From Armatimonadota bacterium (lineage in GTDB: Bacteria > Sysuimicrobiota > Sysuimicrobiia > Sysuimicrobiales > Kaftiobacteriaceae): 42,435 bases of DNA. Shown piece by piece: positions 1 to 7,961 of this stretch. The translations under genes were made by a program, and so were the position numbers. The notes below the pieces were generated by a model. That model did no database searches and was not told where the DNA came from. It saw only the letters and a list, made by a program, of their open reading frames with translations. The stretch's first letter is position 1, and every line of letters starts with the position of its first letter. The DNA lies in assembly GCA_016193565.1 (NCBI GenBank), contig JACPRY010000002.1:1-42435 (forward strand). Reading direction: 5' to 3'.

Positions 1-28
1 TACACGATCTCCACCATCTACACAATCA
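1..28. repeat. 9-mer tandem array arm (ACACNATCT type), probably truncated by the window edge
   Basis: ACACGATCT CCACCATCT ACACAATCA; reverse complement of the array at 1129-1167 (24/27 identity). Confidence 0.8.
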
Positions 29-229
29 AGCTACATTTCCCGTGGTGTCCTACTTTTGAATGCAAAGTACGTTTGGTTTCTTCTGTTGGATTCACGCTCG
101 ATCCATGGCGAGATCGCGCGGATTCATGTGCAGGCCTCCCTGCGCTTCACGGTGCGCTCCGCGGGCGAGCCGACTCGGAGCGAAGCGGCCCTCCAATGTA
201 GGAAACTACCACATTTCCTTGTGTGGAAC

Positions 230-622
230 TTAACCTCCGATCACGGCTTCGGCTTCGATCTCGACTAGCATCTCTGGATCGATCAATGCCCGGACTTCGA
301 CCATGGTCGTCGCCGGGCGGATCGTCCCGAAGACCTCTCCGTGCGCGCGGCCGATCTGGTCCCACTGGCTGATGTTGGTCACAAAGATGCGGGTCCGCAC
401 CACGTCGGCTATCGTCGCGCCCGAGGCGACCAGCGCCCGCTCGATGTTCCGCAGCGCCTGCCGGGTCTGCCCGTATGGGTCCCCTCGGGCGACAAGAGCG
501 CCGGTCTCGTCTGTGGCCGTCGTGCCTGACACGTAGACCGTGTTCGCGATCCGGACGGCGCGGGAGTAGCCCACGATCGGTTCCCAGGGTGTGCCGCTCG
601 CAATCAGTTGCCGGCGCGCCAT
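230..622 (-). CDS. RidA/YjgF/YER057c/UK114 family protein
   Basis: GYSRAV, VSGTT, RPATTMVEV, LVEIEAEA motifs; start trimmed to ATG at 622. Confidence 0.9.
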   Translation of the reverse strand: MARRQLIASGTPWEPIVGYSRAVRIANTVYVSGTTATDETGALVARGDPYGQTRQALRNIERALVASGATIADVVRTRIFVTNISQWDQIGRAHGEVFGTIRPATTMVEVRALIDPEMLVEIEAEAVIGG

Positions 623-627
623 CGCGG

Positions 628-984
628 CTATTTGCGGAGGTAGCTGTCTTCTTTGTTGATCCAATCCTGCCGCGGCGGGCTGAAGAAGTCCATCTCGACG
701 GTCTCCTCGAGCATCTCCGCGCCGTGAGGGATGCCGCCGGGGATCAGCAGCACCTCGCCGGGCCGCAGCATCAGCTCACGATCCGGCAGGGTAAACCGCA
801 TGAGCCCTGAGATGCAGTAGGTCAGCTGCTCGTTCTCATGCTGGTGGACCGGGACAACGGCCCCCTTCGTGAACTCCAGGTACGCCGCCATCAGCCGGTC
901 GCCCCACAGCATGCGGCGCCGGATCTGTGGGTTGAGCGGTTCGGCTTCCAGCTCCAGCAGGCGCTTGTGGACGACGGATTTCAC
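628..984 (-). CDS. Cupin domain protein
   Basis: PVHQHENEQLTY and PGEVLLIPGGIPH cupin motifs; GAGAGGA SD before GTG. Confidence 0.88.
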   Translation of the reverse strand: MKSVVHKRLLELEAEPLNPQIRRRMLWGDRLMAAYLEFTKGAVVPVHQHENEQLTYCISGLMRFTLPDRELMLRPGEVLLIPGGIPHGAEMLEETVEMDFFSPPRQDWINKEDSYLRK

Positions 985-1128
985 GACGTTCCTCTCCTTT
1001 CATCGCGGGGCTGCCCGCATCGTTCGTCGTCTCAGGGGTCGCCCCTGCCCATCCGCGACGGCCTTCACCCGTCCCGCGTAAATGCGTGTTTAGACACGCC
1101 CACTTGGGGCCTGCCTATGGGAACGATC

Positions 1129-1167
1129 AGATTGTGCAGATCGTGAAGATGGTGGAGATTGTGTAGA
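1129..1167. repeat. 4 x 9-mer tandem array (AGATNGTGN)
   Basis: AGATTGTGC AGATCGTGA AGATGGTGG AGATTGTGT AGA, ending 1 nt from the stop codon at 1169-1171. Confidence 0.85.
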
Positions 1168-1168
1168 C

Positions 1169-1717
1169 TTAGGAGGCCGGTGTCACGGCCTGTTCCAGCT
1201 GGCGTGACGCGCCGGTCCACACATCCGGCGCATCCGGACGCCACGTTTCCACCGCAACGTCGCAGGCCACCGTATCCTGGCCGTCGCGGCCCGTCCGCAG
1301 CTTGAAGGCACCGTGGATGCGGGTCGCAACCACGCGCGCATCTTCATCCCACGTCTCAGGCAGGATGACGACAAACTGGTTGGTGTCCAGACGACCCACG
1401 TAATCGCAGCCGCGCATGTTCTGCTTCAACCATCTGGCGAGCGCCATCGGGATGTCCGCGGCAGCTTTGTCAGTATCACGGATCGAGACCAGCGCGATCG
1501 AGAACGGCACGCCGGTGCGCTCAGCGCGGCGCAACTCGGTTTGGTAGATCTCCTGGATGAAGTCCGGCGTGTACGCGCCCGTGAGCGGGTCGCGGATCAC
1601 GCGGTCGGCCATCCGCAGCTGGATCAGCCGGCGCAGACCGAAGACGACGCCGAGCAGGCACAAAATGGCCACATCATACAAGATGGTTGTCCATTCGGAG
1701 ATCAGCATGTTTACCAC
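1169..1717 (-). CDS. Membrane-anchored degenerate GGDEF-domain protein
   Basis: N-terminal hydrophobic helix, DPLTG, RGCD-YVGRL-DTNQF-VVILPET in place of RxxD-x5-GGDEF. Confidence 0.8.
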   Translation of the reverse strand: MVNMLISEWTTILYDVAILCLLGVVFGLRRLIQLRMADRVIRDPLTGAYTPDFIQEIYQTELRRAERTGVPFSIALVSIRDTDKAAADIPMALARWLKQNMRGCDYVGRLDTNQFVVILPETWDEDARVVATRIHGAFKLRTGRDGQDTVACDVAVETWRPDAPDVWTGASRQLEQAVTPAS

Positions 1718-1739
1718 ACCCGTGGTATGCCCGTCACAG

Positions 1740-2348
1740 CTAGCTCCTAGTCACCGGGCCCCTGGTGTCGAAAACTCTCAACTCGGCTCCGGCCAGGAGC
1801 CGCCGGATGTTGGCCCAATGACGACATACGGCGAGCAGCAGCGCCGCGAGCCCAAACACCAGGTGGGCCCGTGGCTCCCCCCGCCCCCACACCACAAGGG
1901 GGACGGACGCGACCGCAAGCAACGATCCCACCGATGCGTACCGCGTCACGGCGACTGCGGCGACCCAGGCGCCGGCGGCGACTGCGGCCGCGACTGGCGA
2001 GATCGCTAGAAGTACTCCGAAGGATGTCGCAATCCCTTTCCCCCCGCCAAAGCGCAGGAAGACCGACCAGTTGTGCCCGGCGATCGCGATCAAGCCGGCC
2101 GCCACCGCCCATCCTGCGCCAAGGTCAGCGGCACGAGCCAACAGCACCGCGGATGTTCCCTTCAGCATGTCGGCCGCCAAGACCAACGCGGCCAGGCCCG
2201 GACCGGCAACACGGTACACGTTCGCAGCACCGATGTTTCCGCTGCCCTGGCGGCGGAGATCGGTGCCTGCGAGCATCCTCACGAGCGCGAGTCCGGTCGG
2301 GAGCGACCCGACCAGGTAGGCCGCTGCCAGCACCGCCGCGGCGGTCAC
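1740..2348 (-). CDS. plsY: Glycerol-3-phosphate acyltransferase PlsY
   Basis: YLVGSLP, GSGNIGAAN, GHNWS..F.GGKGIAT, RHWANIRR; follows der. Confidence 0.95.
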   Translation of the reverse strand: MTAAAVLAAAYLVGSLPTGLALVRMLAGTDLRRQGSGNIGAANVYRVAGPGLAALVLAADMLKGTSAVLLARAADLGAGWAVAAGLIAIAGHNWSVFLRFGGGKGIATSFGVLLAISPVAAAVAAGAWVAAVAVTRYASVGSLLAVASVPLVVWGRGEPRAHLVFGLAALLLAVCRHWANIRRLLAGAELRVFDTRGPVTRS

Positions 2349-3715
2349 GGGGCGCGCTCTTCCCGCGTGCCTGCGCTCCGCTCGCGCGCCCGGGCGACCA
2401 GCCGAATCGGCGTCCCCGTGAAATCAAACGCCCCGCGCAGCCTGGCCTCGAGATAGCGCCGGTAGTCCTCGGTGAGGAGGTCCGGATCGTTGACGAAGAG
2501 GACGAAGGTTGGCGGCTTCGATTTCGGCTGCGTCGCGTAGTAGATCTTCACCGCTCGGCCCGCGCGATCCGCCGGCGGATGATGCGCGTCCTCAGCCTGT
2601 TCGACTACACGGTTGAGGGGTCCTGTTGCGATTCGCCGTTCGAACGATGCGGCCGCGGCCCTCACGCGTTCCAGCAGCGCGGGGATGCCCCATTGCCGTT
2701 CGGCGGAGGTGACGACGACCGGGGCATAATCAACAAACCGCAGCGGGCGCTGGAGGGCCTCGAGCCGTTCCGGGGATGCGTTCGGTGTCTTGCTCACCAG
2801 ATCCCATTTACTCACGGCGATCACCAGCGCTCGCCCCTGTTCCAACGTGTAGCGCGCGATCTCCTGGTCCTGATTGACCACCGGTGCCCCGGCCTCAATG
2901 AGCAACACCACGACGTCGCTCCGGTCGACGGCGCCCAGCGCTCGACCGGCGCTGAACCGTTCCAGGAGCTGGTCGATCCGCGCCTTCCGGCGCAGGCCTG
3001 CGGTGTCGATGAGGATGAACGGCTGGCCGTCATGCACGAACGGCGTGTCCACTGCGTCGCGGGTTGTCCCCGGCGCTGGATCGACAACGACGCGCTCCTC
3101 CCCCAGGACGGCGTTCACCAGCGACGACTTGCCGACGTTCGGCCGGCCCACAATGGCGACGGCGATTGCCGGTGCAGCCTCGGGGGCGAGCCCGATCTCG
3201 GGCAGCAGTCCCACCACGGCATCAAGGAGGTCGCCAATTCCCAGGCCGTGGATCGCAGAGACCGGCATCGGATCGCCGAGCCCGAACTCGAAAAACTCGT
3301 AGTGACCGGGATGATCATGGCGATCTGCTTTGTTTACCACCAGCAGCACGGGACGCCGCCCTTCTCTCAGATGCTGCGCCAGCTCGCGGTCCTCGGGCAC
3401 GATGCCAGACGTCGCGTCGACGACGAAAAGGATGACGTCCGCCTCGTTGATCGCGTGCTCGGCCTGCCGGCGCACCTGCTGTTGAATCGGCTCCGCCGCG
3501 TCTGACACGAAGCCGCCGGTATCGACCACCAGAAACGGGCGCTCTCGCCACGTTGCGGGCGCGTAGAGCCGGTCTCTGGTCAGGCCCGGCACCTTCTCAA
3601 CGATGGCCAGGCGGCGGCCGGCGAGCCGGTTGAAGAGCGCGGATTTGCCGACGTTCGGCCGGCCCACGATCGCCACGACAGGCAACCCGCTGCTAGCTTT
3701 CTGATGGGTCGTCAT
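2345..3715 (-). CDS. der: Ribosome biogenesis GTPase Der (EngA)
   Basis: Two GRPNVGKS P-loops, DTGG/DTAG, NKAD/SKWD, C-terminal FTGTPIR. Confidence 0.97.
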   Translation of the reverse strand: MTTHQKASSGLPVVAIVGRPNVGKSALFNRLAGRRLAIVEKVPGLTRDRLYAPATWRERPFLVVDTGGFVSDAAEPIQQQVRRQAEHAINEADVILFVVDATSGIVPEDRELAQHLREGRRPVLLVVNKADRHDHPGHYEFFEFGLGDPMPVSAIHGLGIGDLLDAVVGLLPEIGLAPEAAPAIAVAIVGRPNVGKSSLVNAVLGEERVVVDPAPGTTRDAVDTPFVHDGQPFILIDTAGLRRKARIDQLLERFSAGRALGAVDRSDVVVLLIEAGAPVVNQDQEIARYTLEQGRALVIAVSKWDLVSKTPNASPERLEALQRPLRFVDYAPVVVTSAERQWGIPALLERVRAAAASFERRIATGPLNRVVEQAEDAHHPPADRAGRAVKIYYATQPKSKPPTFVLFVNDPDLLTEDYRRYLEARLRGAFDFTGTPIRLVARARERSAGTREERAP

Positions 3716-3720
3716 ATATG

Positions 3721-3742
3721 AAAAAGGGCGGCAGTCGCCGCC
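3721..3742 (-). terminator. Putative intrinsic terminator after ispH
   Basis: Minus strand GGCGGC-GACT-GCCGCC followed by CTTTTT. Confidence 0.55.
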
Positions 3743-3752
3743 ATGACTCCAG

Positions 3753-3773
3753 GGTCAACGGCCAACGGTCAAA
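3753..3773. repeat. Short orphan 7-mer array (GGTCAAC x3) containing the ispH stop
   Basis: GGTCAAC GGCCAAC GGTCAAA; TCA at 3769-3771 is the ispH TGA. Confidence 0.55.
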
Positions 3774-4632
3774 GGCGCTGCTGCGTTCCGATCTCCTCCA
3801 GGCGTCGCAGCACCTCGGCGATGATCCACTCCGGTGTCGACGCGCCCGACATCACGCCGACCTTACGCACCCCCGCGAACCAGGCCGGATCCAGCTCCTC
3901 AGGCACTTCTAGATGGTAGGTTGGAAGCTCGTTGGCGCGGCCGATCTCTGCCAGCCGCGTCGTGTTGGCGCTGTGATGGCCGCCGATGACCACAAGAGCG
4001 TCCACCTCCTCCACCATCACTTCGGCCTCTTCCTGGCGGACGGTGATGGCCGGGCACAGCGTGTTCACAACCCTCAACTCTTTGGTGCGCAGCGCCAGAT
4101 CGCCGACAATCTGCCGGAAATTTTCCTGTGACTGTGTCGTCTGCGACATCACGGCGATGCGGCCGCGCAGTTTCACCAGCACCGCTTCTTCGCGCGTGTG
4201 GACAATCGTGACTTTGTCGCCCAGCGCTTCTTTGAGCGTCACCATCTCCGGGTGTCCGTGGTCGCCGACGACCACCAACTGATACCCTTCCTCAACCAGC
4301 TTGAAGGCCAGGGAGTGCGCGCGGATCACAACCGGGCACGTCGCATCCACGATGCGCATGCCCTCGGCCTTCGCCGCGTCGAGGACGCTGTGCTCGACCC
4401 CGTAGGCCGAGACGACGAATGCCTCGCCGGCCAGATCCTCGAGCTCCCCCGCAACCTTTACGCCCGCGTCCTGGAGCTTGCCGACAACCTGAGGATTATG
4501 GATGAGGGGGCCCCACGTGTACACGGATCCTGCCGAGGACTCGGCGGTGCTGCGCGCCATCTCGACCGCTCGCTTGACGCCGCCGCAGAAGCCCATATGT
4601 TTGGCGACGATGATTTCCACGCTCCTTAGCAT
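3769..4632 (-). CDS. ispH: 4-hydroxy-3-methylbut-2-enyl diphosphate reductase
   Basis: GFCGGV, LIHN, DATCP, GHPE, SQTT, NTLCPA..RQ, SANT, GASTP; start uncertain (4632 ATG or 4620 GTG). Confidence 0.95.
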   Translation of the reverse strand: MLRSVEIIVAKHMGFCGGVKRAVEMARSTAESSAGSVYTWGPLIHNPQVVGKLQDAGVKVAGELEDLAGEAFVVSAYGVEHSVLDAAKAEGMRIVDATCPVVIRAHSLAFKLVEEGYQLVVVGDHGHPEMVTLKEALGDKVTIVHTREEAVLVKLRGRIAVMSQTTQSQENFRQIVGDLALRTKELRVVNTLCPAITVRQEEAEVMVEEVDALVVIGGHHSANTTRLAEIGRANELPTYHLEVPEELDPAWFAGVRKVGVMSGASTPEWIIAEVLRRLEEIGTQQRL

Positions 4633-4697
4633 ACACGCCGGCAATAGTCAGTGTCCACGAAGGAGTGCCTTCAAACTCGCCGTATGAGGGTGTTGGC

Positions 4698-5606
4698 ATG
4701 GAGGCTGGGAAAGGGCCAATCCTCGTCATCATTAATCCCACCGCCAGCCGGGGCCGCGGCGTCCGTGCCTGGGCCAGAGTCCGTGATGCGGTGGCCTCCC
4801 GCGGATTTGTCGTCACCGAAGTCCTCACTGAACGGCGGATGCATGCCTGGGAGATCGCGCGTGGTGCCGGTCAGCAGGGCTACAGCACCGTCGTGGCGGT
4901 AGGGGGAGACGGCACTGTGCACGAGGTCATCAACGGTCTGATGCAGACAGCCCAGACGGCGCGGCCTGCGCTGGCGGTCCTTCCCGGGGGAACCGGCAAC
5001 GATTTCGCGCGGGGCATCGGCACACCAAAGCGGGCCGAACTCGCGATTCAGGCGCTACTGAACGGCACGAGAAAGCGTGTTGATGTGGGGCAGGTGAACG
5101 ATCGGTACTTCGGCAGCATCTCGGGCGTGGGGTTCGATGCCGAAACTGCGCGGCAGGCGAACCAGTGGCCGAAGTGGATCGGCGGCACGGCGCTGTACGT
5201 CGCTGCGCTTCTGAAGATGCTTGTAGCCTACACCCCGGTCGAGACGACGATCACGATCGACGGACGCGTCCAGACGATCCGGATGTTTCTACTGGCGGCG
5301 GCCAATACCAAGTGGTACGGGGGCGGAATGTTCATGGCGCCGCATGCAGACATGAATGACGGCCGCCTGGCCGTTGTGTATGCGCGCGACCTGGGGAAAC
5401 TTGAAACGCTCGCAGTGCTCCCGAAAGTCTATTCTGGGAAACACCTGCTGCACCCCAAGGTCTCACACACAACGGCCGACGAAATCCGGGTCGAGAGCGA
5501 CACTCCGCTGTCCATTCACGCCGACGGAGAGATCGTCGGTCGTGTGCCCGCGGTGTTCCGCGCGGTTCACGGCGCCCTTGAAGTGCTGGTCCCCCAACTG
5601 CCGTGA
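4698..5606 (+). CDS. Diacylglycerol kinase family lipid kinase (YegS/DagK/BmrU)
   Basis: INP, GGDGTVHEVING, GTGNDFAR, GFDA, YGGG, DGE. Confidence 0.93.
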   Translation: MEAGKGPILVIINPTASRGRGVRAWARVRDAVASRGFVVTEVLTERRMHAWEIARGAGQQGYSTVVAVGGDGTVHEVINGLMQTAQTARPALAVLPGGTGNDFARGIGTPKRAELAIQALLNGTRKRVDVGQVNDRYFGSISGVGFDAETARQANQWPKWIGGTALYVAALLKMLVAYTPVETTITIDGRVQTIRMFLLAAANTKWYGGGMFMAPHADMNDGRLAVVYARDLGKLETLAVLPKVYSGKHLLHPKVSHTTADEIRVESDTPLSIHADGEIVGRVPAVFRAVHGALEVLVPQLP

Positions 5607-5684
5607 ATCGTGAATCGTGAATGGTGAATCGCACTACCTCTTAGGGTCATCACCATTCACCATTCACCATTCACCATTCACGGC
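5600..5684. repeat. Inverted heptamer-array element, GTGAATG family, copy 1
   Basis: (GTGAATS)x4 at 5603-5630, spacer, (CATTCAC)x4 at 5654-5681; closes with GCC/GGC; contains both convergent stop codons. Confidence 0.92.
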
Positions 5685-6376
5685 TTCTTGGGTTTCTGAT
5701 CCTCCGGCAACAGTTTCGCAATTTCCGCCATGATCCGCCGTCCCCACTCCTCCAGCACCTGGTGATCGAGTTTCCCTTCGATCTTCGGCACGGATAAGGG
5801 CCGGCCGAACCGCACGATGACGCGCTGAAAACGCGGCAGGGCCGAACCCTTGGGCATCGCGCGATGGCTGTTGACAACGGCGATGGGTAGGACCGTCACT
5901 CCCGTCCGCAGCGCCAGCATCGCCGCGCCGGGTTCGGGATCCTGGAGCCGGCCGTCGGGGCTCCGCGTCCCCTCGGGGAACATCACGAGGACGCCTCCGG
6001 AGGCCAGCACCTCGAGCGAGTGCCGGATCGCCGCACGGTCGGGCTGGCCGCGCCGGACGGGAAACGTTCCAATCGATCGCAGCCAGGGACCCACGACCGG
6101 CACCGAAAAGAGCTCGGCCTTCGCCATGTACGCCGCCCGGTTGCGCAGCGCCGCGCCAATGATAAGTGGATCGGCCGCGCTCGCGTGGTTGCCCGCCACG
6201 ATGAACGGGCCCCGCTCCGGCTCGTGCTCCCGGCCTTCGATCGTGAAGCGCGTGAGCACCTTGAAGAACGCGCTCATTACGAGCTTCCAGAAGAGGTACC
6301 ACAGGCCGGAGAGCGTCCCGGCGACGCGGTGCCCGGGGGATGCCCGTGGGATCGACGCGACGGCGTTCCGGTTCAC
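5678..6376 (-). CDS. plsC: 1-acyl-sn-glycerol-3-phosphate acyltransferase
   Basis: NHASAAD (NHxxxxD), FPVRR, FPEGTRS; follows cmk. Confidence 0.92.
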   Translation of the reverse strand: MNRNAVASIPRASPGHRVAGTLSGLWYLFWKLVMSAFFKVLTRFTIEGREHEPERGPFIVAGNHASAADPLIIGAALRNRAAYMAKAELFSVPVVGPWLRSIGTFPVRRGQPDRAAIRHSLEVLASGGVLVMFPEGTRSPDGRLQDPEPGAAMLALRTGVTVLPIAVVNSHRAMPKGSALPRFQRVIVRFGRPLSVPKIEGKLDHQVLEEWGRRIMAEIAKLLPEDQKPKKP

Positions 6377-7065
6377 CGAGGCGGCCTCGCCAGCTGCACA
6401 ATGCGATTCACGATCTCCTCGACGGTCAACCCTGTGGTATCGATGACCACGGCATCCTCGGCCCGTCGCAACGGGGAGTGCGCTCGGGTCGTGTCCCGCC
6501 GGTCGCGCTCTTCCTCAGCCCGCTTGAGTGACTCAAAGTCCACCCGCACACCTTTCGCAACCAGTTCCTGATACCTGCGGCGCGCGCGCTCGGCGGGCGA
6601 CGCGTCCAGAAATACCTTGACGTCGGCATCGGGGAAGACGACGGTGCCGATGTCCCGGCCTTCCATCACCACACCGCCTGACGCGCCCAGCCGCCGCTGC
6701 TCTGCGACCAGGCCCTCCCTGACGGCAGGATGGGCGCTGACGACGGAGGCTGCGTGGCTGACCTCAGGACTGCGGATGATGTCGGTGACATCCGTGCCAT
6801 TGACGAGAATTCGCGGCCGGCCGTTCGCGGTGACGAATTCGATCGACACCGACCTGGCCAGGGTCGCAACGGCACGCTCATTTCGGAGATCCACGCCCTG
6901 AGATTTGGCGAGCCAGGCCACAGAGCGGTACATTGCGCCGGTGTCGACATAGCGATACCGAAGCGCCGCGGCGACCGCCATTGCGACCGTACTCTTTCCG
7001 GCGCCGACCGGTCCGTCGATCGCGATGATCGGCGCCGCCCTGCGGCGTGCTCCGGGATCGGGCAT
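6373..7065 (-). CDS. cmk: Cytidylate kinase
   Basis: IAIDGPVGAGKST, DTGAMYR, MEGRDIGTVVFPDA. Confidence 0.96.
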   Translation of the reverse strand: MPDPGARRRAAPIIAIDGPVGAGKSTVAMAVAAALRYRYVDTGAMYRSVAWLAKSQGVDLRNERAVATLARSVSIEFVTANGRPRILVNGTDVTDIIRSPEVSHAASVVSAHPAVREGLVAEQRRLGASGGVVMEGRDIGTVVFPDADVKVFLDASPAERARRRYQELVAKGVRVDFESLKRAEEERDRRDTTRAHSPLRRAEDAVVIDTTGLTVEEIVNRIVQLARPPR

Positions 7066-7961
7066 CAGCGGTGCTCTGACGTGAGTTGGCGCGCCGCTCC
7101 GGAGGCAAGCACGTGCGGCCGTCCCGACACTGGGTGTGGGACCACCGTGACCGGAATTCCATACGCGGCTTCGAGGATCGGTGCCTGCAACACCTGGTCG
7201 GGTCTGCCGAGCGCGGCGACTCGCCCCCCTGAGAGCAGCACAAGCGGATCGCAGAACGCGGATGCCAGGTTGACGTCGTGCACGGCCGCGACCAGCGCGA
7301 TACCGCCTTGGCGCAGCGCCGACAGCAGCTCCATGATCTCGATCTGGTACCTGAGGTCCAGGTGTGCTGTCGGCTCATCGAGCAGCAGCACGCGGGGTCC
7401 CTGCGCGAGCGCGCGCGCGATCAGCACCCGCTGGAACTCGCCGCCGCTCAACGTGTCGACCGGCCGATGGGCCAGGTGGAGGATGCCGGTTTGCGCCATC
7501 GCCGCACGCACGATTTCGAGGTCCTTCGAGGTTTCGGCGGCAAGGGGAGCGAGGTGTGGGGCCCGGCCCATCGAGACGATCTCATGCGCCGTGAACCCGA
7601 ACCCAGACCCTGTGCGCTGAGGCACGACGCCGGCCAGGGCGGCGACCTCCCGGCGCGACATCTTCGCCACCGGACGGCCCTCGATCAGCACCGTCCCGCG
7701 TTCCGGCGACACCACCGCGTCCATCGCCCGCAGGAGCGTGGTCTTTCCGCTGCCGTTGGGTCCGATGATCCCGCACATCTCTCCTGGCGAGACCGTCAAG
7801 CTGACACCGTCGAGCGCCGGGATCGCGCCGTAGCGGCAGACGATCTGATCAACGAGGATCGCCGCTTGTGCCACTGCCGAATGAGCCACTTCCGCCCCCC
7901 TCACCCTACCCTCTCCCACCCCGGGGAGAGGGGAAGAGGTTGGCCCCTTCCGGGGCCTCAC
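7065..7961 (-). CDS. Cobalamin/Fe-siderophore ABC transporter ATP-binding protein
   Basis: GPNGSGKT, LSGGE.QRV, LDEPTAHLD, HD; start uncertain (GTG 7961 or 7889). Confidence 0.92.
   Translation of the reverse strand: MRPRKGPTSSPLPGVGEGRVRGAEVAHSAVAQAAILVDQIVCRYGAIPALDGVSLTVSPGEMCGIIGPNGSGKTTLLRAMDAVVSPERGTVLIEGRPVAKMSRREVAALAGVVPQRTGSGFGFTAHEIVSMGRAPHLAPLAAETSKDLEIVRAAMAQTGILHLAHRPVDTLSGGEFQRVLIARALAQGPRVLLLDEPTAHLDLRYQIEIMELLSALRQGGIALVAAVHDVNLASAFCDPLVLLSGGRVAALGRPDQVLQAPILEAAYGIPVTVVPHPVSGRPHVLASGAARQLTSEHR
7895..7936. repeat. REP-like CCCTCACCC..CCCTCTCCC/GGGAGAGGG hairpin element
   Basis: CCCCCTCACCCTACCCTCTCCC-ACCCCG-GGGAGAGGGGAAG; 9-bp perfect stem. Confidence 0.7.

Noticed and set aside
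1003-1020. Cobalamin riboswitch (CAGCCCCCGC on minus)
   Set aside because: No upstream GGGAA..GGUG..AAUCC or downstream ACUG; the gene is unrelated to B12.
1871-3505. Long antisense or alternate-frame ORFs (also 16426-18171, 34338-35774, 36032-37303)
   Set aside because: Arg/Pro/Gly-rich shadows of real genes, expected at high GC; no motifs.
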